DNA of 32,000 nucleotides from Rhizobium sp. Q54 (GCA_945903635.1 CAMDOT010000041.1:1-32000); one strand, 5' to 3'; shown: positions 8,256-15,159, counted from the stretch's first letter. The notes: generated by a model from the sequence alone, not told the origin. A program made the numbers and translations.

Positions 8256-8687
8256 TCAGGAGTAGGCGGGAGCGACCTTTCCTTTTTCCACGTAGCCTTT
8301 GAGGTGATGCATCATCATCCCCCATAGGCTGTTGCACTTGGCGAAGTTGCCTTCCTGATGCGGCCAGCCGGCATGGTCGAACGACAGATGCACGCGGCCG
8401 TGCGGCGTCTTGCCGAGATTGAAGGTGACGGTCGTACCCTTGGACTCGCCCGGACCTTCTACGCATTTCCACGCGATCTCGTGGTCGTCGTGTGCGGCGA
8501 TCTCCCAGATGAAGGTCGGGCCGTTCGGATATTTCAGCGACCACTTCGAACCGACACCACCGCCGCCCGATACCTCGGCCATGGTCCAGGCTTTCAATCC
8601 CTCGAGGGTGGTCAGGGCATTGTGAACCTTACCGTGATCGGCAGCGATGTTGACCGCATGACGCAAAGAATGATTTGGCACGGACAC
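8256..8687 (-). CDS. SRPBCC-superfamily (AHSA1/START-like) small ligand-binding protein
   Basis: 143-aa ORF 28 nt upstream of, and co-oriented with, the long UbiD gene. The pattern LRHAVNIAADHGKVHNALTTLEGLKAW...W.L......F.W.I......I.W.C... is typical of Activator-of-Hsp90-ATPase-homologue-1-like SRPBCC proteins. The track start is GTG 8687. A second GTG at 8681 sits 7 nt after AGGAGG and may be the true start. Confidence 0.7.
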   Translation of the reverse strand: MSVPNHSLRHAVNIAADHGKVHNALTTLEGLKAWTMAEVSGGGGVGSKWSLKYPNGPTFIWEIAAHDDHEIAWKCVEGPGESKGTTVTFNLGKTPHGRVHLSFDHAGWPHQEGNFAKCNSLWGMMMHHLKGYVEKGKVAPAYS

Positions 8688-8787
8688 GCCTCCTCCGAAT
8701 TATTCACGCTGGCCTGCTGATACGTACTGCAAGGCTACACTGGATCTGCAGACGACCATAGCCGTGCAGTGCAGAAACAAAAAGGGC

Positions 8788-9321
8788 CTAGCGCTTGCTC
8801 TTGGCGCGTTCGATGGCTTCGGAGATGAGGCGACGCGCCTCTTCGACATCGCCCCAGCCCTGCAGCTTCACCCACTTGCCGGGCTCGAGATCCTTGTAGT
8901 GGACGAAGAAGTGCTCGATCTGCTGGCGGGTGATCTCGGGCAGGTCGGTGATGGTCTTCACGTGGACGTAGCGCTGCGTCACCTTGGAGGACGGCACGGC
9001 GATGATCTTCTCGTCGCCGCCGCCGTCATCCTCCATGCGCAACACGCCGATCGGGCGCACGTTGATCACCGCGCCGGGAATGATCGGGCGCGTGTTGGCG
9101 ACCAGAACGTCGATCGGGTCGCCATCGTCGCTGAGCGTGTGCGGCACGAAGCCGTAATTGCCGGGATAGCGCATCGGCGTGTAGAGGAAGCGGTCGACGA
9201 CCAGCGTGCCCGCCGCCTTGTCCATCTCGTACTTGATCGGCTCGCCCCCGATCGCAACCTCGATGATGGTGTTCACGTCTTCAGGCGGCCGGTAGCCGAT
9301 GGCGATGGCATCGAGGTTCAT
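8788..9321 (-). CDS. ppa: Inorganic pyrophosphatase (family I)
   Basis: Unmistakable family I PPase text: [80 protein letters not shown] 9321 (MNLDAIAIG...) gives the canonical ~177 aa; the track start at 9354 adds 11 aa. Confidence 0.97.
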   Translation of the reverse strand: MNLDAIAIGYRPPEDVNTIIEVAIGGEPIKYEMDKAAGTLVVDRFLYTPMRYPGNYGFVPHTLSDDGDPIDVLVANTRPIIPGAVINVRPIGVLRMEDDGGGDEKIIAVPSSKVTQRYVHVKTITDLPEITRQQIEHFFVHYKDLEPGKWVKLQGWGDVEEARRLISEAIERAKSKR

Positions 9322-9412
9322 GGCGCGATCCTGACGGATAGGCTGCAAAATCACAAAAGAAACCGGCGGTCCTGAGTACGGACGCGAGCGAGCCCTTGCC
9401 GGGAAGCCCGGG

Positions 9413-9483
9413 TGTCACACTAAAAAGTGTCACACCAAGTTGAGACAAATGTTGTGACACAGGTTGAGCGCCCACCTGTGACA
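9413..9483. promoter_or_regulatory. Cluster of four TGTCACA/TGTGACA heptamers (two in each orientation) upstream of ppa; candidate operator sites
   Basis: GTGTCACAC occurs at 9412-9420 and 9427-9435 (direct, 15 bp apart). The reverse-complement form TGTGACA occurs at 9453-9459 and 9477-9483. The cluster sits 92-162 nt upstream of the ppa ATG, in the AT-richest part of the intergenic region. Confidence 0.3.
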
Positions 9484-9752
9484 TCGTCGGGAATCTGACC
9501 CTGTGGCTCCACCTCGGGCAGCCACAGATGACCGTCTAATCAACACTCGGACGCGTTTTTTGCGCCTCGGTCCACCCACCTGCCGGACAGTCAATGCGGC
9601 GGGGATGGCCTTGTGCTTGCTACTCACGGCTCAGCACCGGATACCCGGTACAGGTCGCGGGGCGGCCCCTCATCCTCCAGGGATCTTACCCGGCGGGCGC
9701 GCCGGGCGGGGCATGGCCAATGGTTCGTGGTGGCAGAACGCCACCGGCCACG

Positions 9753-9787
9753 AAAAAGGCCGCTCCGGGCAAGAGACCCGGGCGGCC
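9753..9787 (-). terminator. Rho-independent terminator-like hairpin (second of two in tandem on the minus strand)
   Basis: Minus strand reads GGCCGCCCGGG-TCTCTTG-CCCGGAGCGGCC followed by TTTTTCG. That is an 11-bp GC stem with one bulge, followed by a U-run. Confidence 0.6.
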
Positions 9788-9916
9788 CGCGCATTACACA
9801 CGTCGTGGCAACGTATCAAAAAGATAGCCTAAATCCTGCTGAACCTGCAAATCTCCTATCGCAAGCCTGCCTCGCGTATTCTGCTGGGCTGCTGGCAGTG
9901 CCAGCAAGATCAAACG

Positions 9917-9942
9917 AAAAAGGCCGCGCCAGCGGCGCGGCC
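9917..9942 (-). terminator. Rho-independent terminator of the MFS transporter gene
   Basis: Minus strand reads GGCCGCGCC-GCT-GGCGCGGCC followed by TTTTTCGTTTG, a perfect 9-bp GC stem. It lies 25 nt downstream of the transporter stop codon (9967-9969). Confidence 0.85.
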
Positions 9943-9966
9943 CTCTCCTTTTGCCGGGTCGTGGAC

Positions 9967-11619
9967 TTACTTGGTGATGTCCACGTCCTTGGTTTCCCTG
10001 AGGAAGATCGTTCCGATGATCAGCGTCATGACGGCGATGCCGATCGGGTACCAGAGGCCGTAGTAGATGTCGCCCGACCAGGCCACCAGCGCGGTGGCGA
10101 GGAGTGGCAGCATGCCTCCGAACCAGCCGTTGCCGATGTGATACGGCAGCGACATCGAGGTGTAGCGGATGTTGGTCGGGAACATCTCGACCAGGAAGGC
10201 CGCGATGGGTCCATACACCATGGTCACATAGACGAGCATGATCACCAGGATCACTTCGGCCATGAACCAGTTCACCTTGGCCTTGTCGGCCGTCGCCGAA
10301 TAGCCGGCCGCCTTGAGGGCGGCGGCAAGCTTGGGACCGCCTTCCTTGGCATCGAAGCCAGTGAGCTTCGTGCCGCCGATATCGACGACGACTGTCGCCG
10401 AGCCCGGCGGCGCCTTCACCGAGGTGAACGACAGGCCCGACTTGGTCAGCGCATCCTTGGCCCTGTCGCATTCCGTGAACTTCGACCACGGACCCACGAA
10501 GATGTGGAAGTTGCACTGCGTCGGGTCGGCCGTGACCGTGATCTTGGTCTTGGCCTGGAACGCCTCGAGGTCGGGGTTGACGTAGTGGGTCAGCGCCCCG
10601 AACAGCGGGAAGTAGGTAACGGCCGCGATCAGGCAGCCCGCCATGATGATCTTCAGACGGCCGATCCTGTCGCTCAGCCAGCCGAAGAAGATGAACATCG
10701 GCGTGCCGATGAGCAGCGAGATTCCGACCAGCGTGTAGGCCGACAGGAAGTCGAGCTTGAGCGTGATGGTGAGGAAGAACAGGGCGTAGAACTGCCCCGT
10801 GTACCAGACCACGCCCTGGCCAGCCGTCGCACCCAGCAGGGCCAGAAGCACCAGCCGGTTGTTGGGAAAGCGCAGGAAGCTGTCGGTCAACGGCGACTTC
10901 GAGGCCTTGCCCTCCGCCTTCATCTGGGTGAACAGCGGCGACTCGTTCAGCTTGAGCCGGATGTAGACCGAGAAGACCAGCAGGATCAGCGAGAGCAGGA
11001 ACGGAATGCGCCAGCCCCACTCGGCGAATGCCTTGGCATCCAGCTGCGTGCGGCAGATCGCGATGACCGCAAGCGACATGAAGAAGCCCAGGGTCGCCGT
11101 GGTCTGGATCCAGGCCGTCGCATAACCGCGTTTGCCGCTTGGCGCGTGCTCGGCCACGTAGGTGGCGGCACCGCCGTATTCACCGCCCAGGGCGAGACCC
11201 TGAATCAGGCGCAGCGAAACCATCAGCACTGGCGCCAGCCAGCCGACGGCCGAGAAGGTCGGCAGCAACCCGACCGCGAAGGTCGCGCCGCCCATGAACA
11301 GAATGGTGATGAGGAAGGTGTATTTGCGGCCGACCATGTCGCCCAGGCGGCCGAACACCAGCGCGCCGAAGGGACGGACGAGGAAGCCTGCCGCGTAGGC
11401 GGCGAAAGCCGACAGCAGCGCCGCCGTTTCATTGCCTGGCGGAAAAAACAGCGCCGCGAAGAACGGCGCCAGCGTGGCGTACAGATAGAAGTCGTACCAC
11501 TCGAACACCGTGCCGAGCGACGAGGCGAAGATGACCCTGCGTTCTTCTTCTCTCGTGACGACGCGACCGTCGCCCGGCGTTGGGCCGACTACACCCATTG
11601 GTGGATTGGCTACACTCAT
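9967..11619 (-). CDS. MFS transporter, metabolite:H+ symporter (MHS/ProP-like) family, with a ~105-aa hydrophilic insertion between TM9 and TM10
   Basis: 550-aa ORF. MHS hallmarks are present: SSLGTVFEWYDFYLY, RPFGALVFGRLGDMVGRKY, LRLIQGLALGGEYGGAATYVAEHAP and a second GWLSDRIGR motif. I count 12 hydrophobic segments by eye. Residues ~345-450 are hydrophilic. Confidence 0.9.
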   Translation of the reverse strand: MSVANPPMGVVGPTPGDGRVVTREEERRVIFASSLGTVFEWYDFYLYATLAPFFAALFFPPGNETAALLSAFAAYAAGFLVRPFGALVFGRLGDMVGRKYTFLITILFMGGATFAVGLLPTFSAVGWLAPVLMVSLRLIQGLALGGEYGGAATYVAEHAPSGKRGYATAWIQTTATLGFFMSLAVIAICRTQLDAKAFAEWGWRIPFLLSLILLVFSVYIRLKLNESPLFTQMKAEGKASKSPLTDSFLRFPNNRLVLLALLGATAGQGVVWYTGQFYALFFLTITLKLDFLSAYTLVGISLLIGTPMFIFFGWLSDRIGRLKIIMAGCLIAAVTYFPLFGALTHYVNPDLEAFQAKTKITVTADPTQCNFHIFVGPWSKFTECDRAKDALTKSGLSFTSVKAPPGSATVVVDIGGTKLTGFDAKEGGPKLAAALKAAGYSATADKAKVNWFMAEVILVIMLVYVTMVYGPIAAFLVEMFPTNIRYTSMSLPYHIGNGWFGGMLPLLATALVAWSGDIYYGLWYPIGIAVMTLIIGTIFLRETKDVDITK

Positions 11620-11791
11620 GCGCTTACTCCCATGGAAACGCGTTGACGCACATTTGGCGTTTTTAGTTGAGTAGCGTTTAGGCGGAGCGCTGCACCGTGT
11701 GCAATTGGACCAAAGTCACTCGACTAAGGTCATAGATTCACGATGCGGATTTTCAGCCGGGATGCAAAGCCAGGTACTCGCGCGAACAGGT

Positions 11792-12163
11792 CTAGCGCGG
11801 ACTGCCGAGGGCAAATCCGATGGCGCACATCGCCAGCGCCATGTAGGCAGCAACGCGGGCGTGGCTGAAATAGACGTCGGCCAAGGCGCCGCCGATCATG
11901 GTCTGCAAACGCTCGCGCGGCAGCGCCGGTGCATCCTCGATCATCAGCCAGACTTCGGTGTGGCGATAGTTGCGCGTGCGCGCTGTCCACCCCTTCCAGA
12001 ACAGTACCAGTGCGGCGATCAGTACGAACACTGACCCGGAGCGGACGGCGATCCACGGCTCGCCGGAAAAGCCCACCATGGCCGTCACGATCGCCATCAG
12101 GGCGAAGCCACAGCCGCGCCGCACCGACAGCTCGGCGTAGCGCCTGATGTCGTCGTAGGTCAT
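11792..12163 (-). CDS. Hypothetical small integral membrane protein (123 aa)
   Basis: ORF with GC-rich third positions and 3-4 hydrophobic segments (GFALMAIVTAMVGF, VFVLIAALVLFW, AAYMALAMCAIGFAL). I recognise no family. Confidence 0.55.
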   Translation of the reverse strand: MTYDDIRRYAELSVRRGCGFALMAIVTAMVGFSGEPWIAVRSGSVFVLIAALVLFWKGWTARTRNYRHTEVWLMIEDAPALPRERLQTMIGGALADVYFSHARVAAYMALAMCAIGFALGSPR

Positions 12164-12274
12164 GGCGCGACGATAGCGCGCGGGCCGTCTTCGACCAATG
12201 TCGCGTTGCCGCCGCCCAGCAATCGATTTAGCGTGCTTGCGTAAAAACTACATAAAGATTCGGGGGAAATACGC

Positions 12275-12568
12275 ATGCGTGGCTTCAGGATGTTGGTGAT
12301 CGCAGGGCTGGCTGGACTGGCACTTGGCGCCTGCGGCAAATCTTCGAATCAGGACCAGCTCGCCTACGAGGTCTGCCTGGCCTCGGCGAAGAAGGACGCC
12401 AGGGTCACCGGCGCAGCCTTCGCGACCCTCGAACAATCCAAGATCACCGGCTCCACTGGCGAGGAAGAGATGCGGGTCAACATTCCCTACGAGCTGGACG
12501 GCAAGAAGGCGCTGTTCCAGTGCATCGCCCAAAAACAACCCGACGGAACCTTCAAGGTCATCTTCTAG
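12275..12568 (+). CDS. Probable lipoprotein (97 aa), function unknown
   Basis: The N-terminus MRGFRMLVIAGLAGLALGAC has a lipobox-like LGAC followed by GKSSNQ. A GGGGGAAA ribosome-binding site lies upstream. The mature part is hydrophilic. Confidence 0.65.
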   Translation: MRGFRMLVIAGLAGLALGACGKSSNQDQLAYEVCLASAKKDARVTGAAFATLEQSKITGSTGEEEMRVNIPYELDGKKALFQCIAQKQPDGTFKVIF

Positions 12569-12604
12569 AAGGCCATCTTCCAGACGGCCGTATTCTAGAG
12601 GGGC
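12560..12604 (+). repeat. Three tandem 15-nt units spanning the lipoprotein stop codon
   Basis: The units are ATCTTCTAGAAGGCC (12560), ATCTTCCAGACGGCC (12575) and GTATTCTAGAGGGGC (12590). Units 1 and 2 match at 13/15 positions, units 1 and 3 at 11/15. The period is 5 codons. TAG is in frame in units 1 and 3, with CAG at the equivalent position in unit 2. Confidence 0.7.
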
Positions 12605-12607
12605 GCC

Positions 12608-12919
12608 TCAGCCCAGCAGGTGACGGAGCGCCGGCAAGGCGAGCAAGGCCGCCCCGGCGAGCCAGATGAGCGTGGCGGCAGTGCTGCCCTGCCCACGCTC
12701 CGTCAGGCGCTCGTAGAGCGCCGCAGGAACGCCCGAGATCAGCAGCGTCGCGGAGGCGACCAGTAGCGAGCTGAAGAACAGGACCCAGCCAACCGAACGG
12801 GGGAAGACCTCAGGCATCAGGACAGCCGCGACCGGCACGGCGATGGCGAGGAAGGGTGAGAACAGGCCGTTCAGGATGCTGATGCCGACCACGGCGAAAA
12901 CAAGGAGATTGCGGTCCAT
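12608..12919 (-). CDS. Hypothetical small integral membrane protein (103 aa)
   Basis: This is the C-terminal part of track ORF 12608..13222. The convincing protein starts at ATG 12919 (MDRNLLVFAVVGISILNGLFSPFLAIAVPVAAVLM...). It has three hydrophobic segments. The start lies 5 nt after the upstream gene's stop. Confidence 0.6.
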   Translation of the reverse strand: MDRNLLVFAVVGISILNGLFSPFLAIAVPVAAVLMPEVFPRSVGWVLFFSSLLVASATLLISGVPAALYERLTERGQGSTAATLIWLAGAALLALPALRHLLG

Positions 12920-12924
12920 TGCGC

Positions 12925-13242
12925 TCAGCCCGCCACCGGCGCCCGCGGCATCAGCCCGAGCTGGTACAGCACCATGAACAGCACCACCCGAAGTGCTGCG
13001 ACCCAGAAGGCCGCCACCGGGGCGGTCATGATCGGCGGTATGGCCGAGGGCGTGACGTAGGTCACCGGGCGGTAGATCCACTCGGTCAGCCAGCGGAACG
13101 AGCGGTAGATGTAGTTCGGGCTGTCCGGCGGCAGGAAGAAGCTCAGGAAGAAGCGGCCGAACAGGCAGTAGAAGACCAGCGACAAGAAATAGTTGGGGAT
13201 GTGGAAATACCAGTAGCTCCACCAGATGTCCTGAGATCCCAC
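12925..13242 (-). CDS. Small integral membrane protein, possibly YggT family (105 aa)
   Basis: The GTG start at 13242 lies 10 nt after AGGAGG. The sequence is rich in aromatic residues. The central segment ...NYIYRSFRWLTEWIYRPVTYVTPSAIPP... resembles the YGGT-family l..lTeP.l.P.r..iP motif. The family call is tentative. Confidence 0.5.
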   Translation of the reverse strand: MGSQDIWWSYWYFHIPNYFLSLVFYCLFGRFFLSFFLPPDSPNYIYRSFRWLTEWIYRPVTYVTPSAIPPIMTAPVAAFWVAALRVVLFMVLYQLGLMPRAPVAG

Positions 13243-13281
13243 GCCGCCATCTCCTCCTGGCTCACTCTAGCGTGGCGCGCG

Positions 13282-13312
13282 AAAAAAAGCAGGACCCCGC
13301 GAGGGGCCCTGC
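13282..13312 (-). terminator. Strong rho-independent terminator directly after the symporter gene
   Basis: Minus strand reads GCAGGGCCCC-TCGC-GGGGTCCTGC followed by TTTTTTT, a 10-bp stem including one G-T pair. It lies 25 nt after the symporter stop codon (13337-13339). Confidence 0.85.
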
Positions 13313-13336
13313 TCCAGATCGATACATTCCGCCAGA

Positions 13337-15142
13337 CTAGACGTGGGACACCACGGCGCCCCCGGGCGTGCGGATCGAGTCCACGAAGGCCTGCATCTCC
13401 TTCGAGGGTTCGGGAGTCATGAGACTCACCACGTAGGTCACGGCGAATGCGACCGGCAAACCGAACACGGCCGAGGAGATGTTGCGGATACCCCACCACA
13501 GGTCGGTTCCGAACATCGCCTTGAAATCGGCCGGCCAGTAGCGGGTCATCACCAGGTAGAAGAGGCAGACGCCGAAGCCGCTGATCATGCCGGAGATCGC
13601 GCCGATCTTGGTCGTGCGCTTCCACCAGATGCCGAGCACCAGCGGGGCGAACAGGCCGGCCGCGGCCAGCGAGAACGCCCACGCCACCATTTGGATGATG
13701 CCCGATGGCCGCGTGCCGGCCACCGCCGCCGCGACGATCGCGACTCCGACCAGCAGGCCACGCGCGACGAGCAACCGGCGGGCCGTCGAGGCCTTGGGGT
13801 CGATCATCTTGTAGTAGACGTCGTGGCTGAGCGCGTTGGCGATGGCAAGCAGCAGACCGTCGGCGGTGGAGAGCGCCGCGGCGAGACCGCCGGCGGCCAC
13901 CAGGCCCGACACCACGTACGGCAGGCCGGCAATTTCCGGCATCGACAGCACGATGATGTCCTGGTTGATGATGAACTCCGACAGCTGAAGGATGCCGTCG
14001 CTGTTGCCGTCCTTGATGGTCAGCAAGCCGCCGACCTGGGACCAGTTCTGGACCCACGCCGGGAGGCTGGCGATCGGCTGGCCGATCACGTTCTGGTAGA
14101 CCTCGAGCTTCGCGAAGGCGGCGTAGGCCGGCGCCGTGAAGTAGAGGAGGAAGATGAAGAAGATCGACCAGGCGACCGAGGTGCGCGCTTCGCGAACGCT
14201 GGGCGTCGTGAAGTAGCGCATCAGGATGTGCGGCAGCGAGGCCGTTCCGATCATCAGACAGAGCACCAGGGCCCAGAAGTTGTTGAACTCTGTCCAGCTG
14301 AACTGGCCCTTGACGTCGGTGAAGCCATCCGTGAAGTGCTTCACGACGCCGAGCTTGGTTTCGAGCTGGGCGATCTGCTCCAGTGCCGCGCCATAGGTCA
14401 GTTCGGGGATCGGGATTCCGTACATCTTGGTCGACAACCAGACCACCGGCACGAGGTAGGAGATGATCAGGATGACGTACTGGGCCACCTGGGTCCAAGT
14501 CACCGCCCGCATGCCACCCAGCATCGAGCACACCAGAATGCCGAGCAGACCGACGAAGATGGCGACCTCGAAGGGAATGCCGAGGAAGCGCGAGGTGATG
14601 ATGCCGATGCCGAAGCACTGCGCGACGATGTAGGTGAATGACGCACAGAACAGCACGACCACGCCGCACAGCCGTGCACCGTTGCCCTCGTAGCGCGTGC
14701 CGAGGAAGTCGGGCACGGTGAACTGGCCGAACTTGCGCAGGTACGGCGCCAGAAGGATGCCGACCAGCACGTAGCCACCGGTCCAGCCCAGTACGTAACC
14801 CAGCGCGTTGAAGCCGCCGAGATAGATGCCGCCCGCCATCGAGATGAAGGAGGCAGCGCTCATCCAGTCGGCACCGGTCGCCATGCCGTTGTACAGCGCC
14901 GGCACCTTGCGGCCGGCGACGTAGTATTCTGACAGGTCCATGGTTCGCGACAGGATGCCGATGTAGGCGTAAACGCCGATCGTCAGGATCACGAAGCAGT
15001 AACCGATGACCTTGTTCGGCATTCCCATCTGCTCGAAAACACCGAGGGCCAACGTGAAGACGATGAAGCCGCCGGTGTAGCCAAGATAGATCTTGCCGAG
15101 ATTGCCGAGGAAGCCGCCGCCGGCGGCCTTGGAGTCAGCCAT
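13337..15142 (-). CDS. Sodium:solute symporter (SSS family), VC_2705-type large subunit, likely monocarboxylate uptake
   Basis: 601-aa polytopic ORF immediately (17 nt) downstream of a DUF4212 gene. SSS-family text is present: YYVAGRKVPALYNGMATGADWMSAASFISMAGGIY, and the actP-like organisation. This pairing defines the VC_2705 subfamily. Confidence 0.9.
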   Translation of the reverse strand: MADSKAAGGGFLGNLGKIYLGYTGGFIVFTLALGVFEQMGMPNKVIGYCFVILTIGVYAYIGILSRTMDLSEYYVAGRKVPALYNGMATGADWMSAASFISMAGGIYLGGFNALGYVLGWTGGYVLVGILLAPYLRKFGQFTVPDFLGTRYEGNGARLCGVVVLFCASFTYIVAQCFGIGIITSRFLGIPFEVAIFVGLLGILVCSMLGGMRAVTWTQVAQYVILIISYLVPVVWLSTKMYGIPIPELTYGAALEQIAQLETKLGVVKHFTDGFTDVKGQFSWTEFNNFWALVLCLMIGTASLPHILMRYFTTPSVREARTSVAWSIFFIFLLYFTAPAYAAFAKLEVYQNVIGQPIASLPAWVQNWSQVGGLLTIKDGNSDGILQLSEFIINQDIIVLSMPEIAGLPYVVSGLVAAGGLAAALSTADGLLLAIANALSHDVYYKMIDPKASTARRLLVARGLLVGVAIVAAAVAGTRPSGIIQMVAWAFSLAAAGLFAPLVLGIWWKRTTKIGAISGMISGFGVCLFYLVMTRYWPADFKAMFGTDLWWGIRNISSAVFGLPVAFAVTYVVSLMTPEPSKEMQAFVDSIRTPGGAVVSHV

Positions 15143-15159
15143 GTTTCATCTCCCCCGCG

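Noticed and set aside
6617-8302. 561-aa plus-strand ORF; also 1601..2797(-), 13343..14641(+), 13143..14669(-), 22246..23538(-), 26643..28769(+), 28042..29625(-), 5510..6592(-), 15623..16516(-), 15991..16923(-), 17135..18346(-)
   Set aside because: All are alternative-frame or antisense ORFs over genes with strong family evidence (UbiD, Bug, symporter, EttA, hybrid kinase, FUSC, exonuclease, DUF294). None shows recognisable motifs. Long open shadow frames are expected at this GC content.
8726-8770. Long imperfect hairpin (ACTGCAAGGCTA ... TAGCCGTGCAGT) between ppa and the SRPBCC/UbiD operon, considered as the ppa terminator
   Set aside because: No U-tract follows it on the minus strand, the loop is about 21 nt and the stem has a mismatch. 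This is insufficient for a terminator call, though it may still insulate the two transcription units.
9412-9435. Possible Pho box (direct TGTCAC repeats) upstream of the pyrophosphatase gene
   Set aside because: The direct repeats are 15 bp apart, not the 11-bp periodicity of PhoB boxes. The flanking bases do not match CTGTCAT. I kept this only as an unassigned motif cluster.
9355-9966. Known housekeeping RNAs (tRNA, SRP/4.5S, 6S, RNase P, tmRNA pieces) in the long ppa-MFS spacer
   Set aside because: I could not find the diagnostic strings: GGTTCGAATCC-type T-loops (only GGTTCGTGG at 9722), the SRP GGAAGCAGCC motif, the RNase P GAGGAAAGTCC motif, or a tmRNA tag reading frame. None was called. 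A covariance-model scan would be decisive.
9613-11646. 677-aa plus-strand ORF
   Set aside because: It is antisense to the well-supported MHS transporter gene. The translation is Arg/Gly/Asp/His-rich low-complexity text with no family resemblance, which is a typical shadow ORF of a high-GC genome.
12920-13222. N-terminal 101 residues of the 204-aa ORF 12608..13222
   Set aside because: This part (MELLVFPHPQLFLVAGLLLPVRPLLPELLP...) overlaps the better-supported YggT-like gene in another frame and is Pro/Leu/Gly-rich. The credible membrane protein begins at the internal ATG 12919, 5 nt after that gene's stop.
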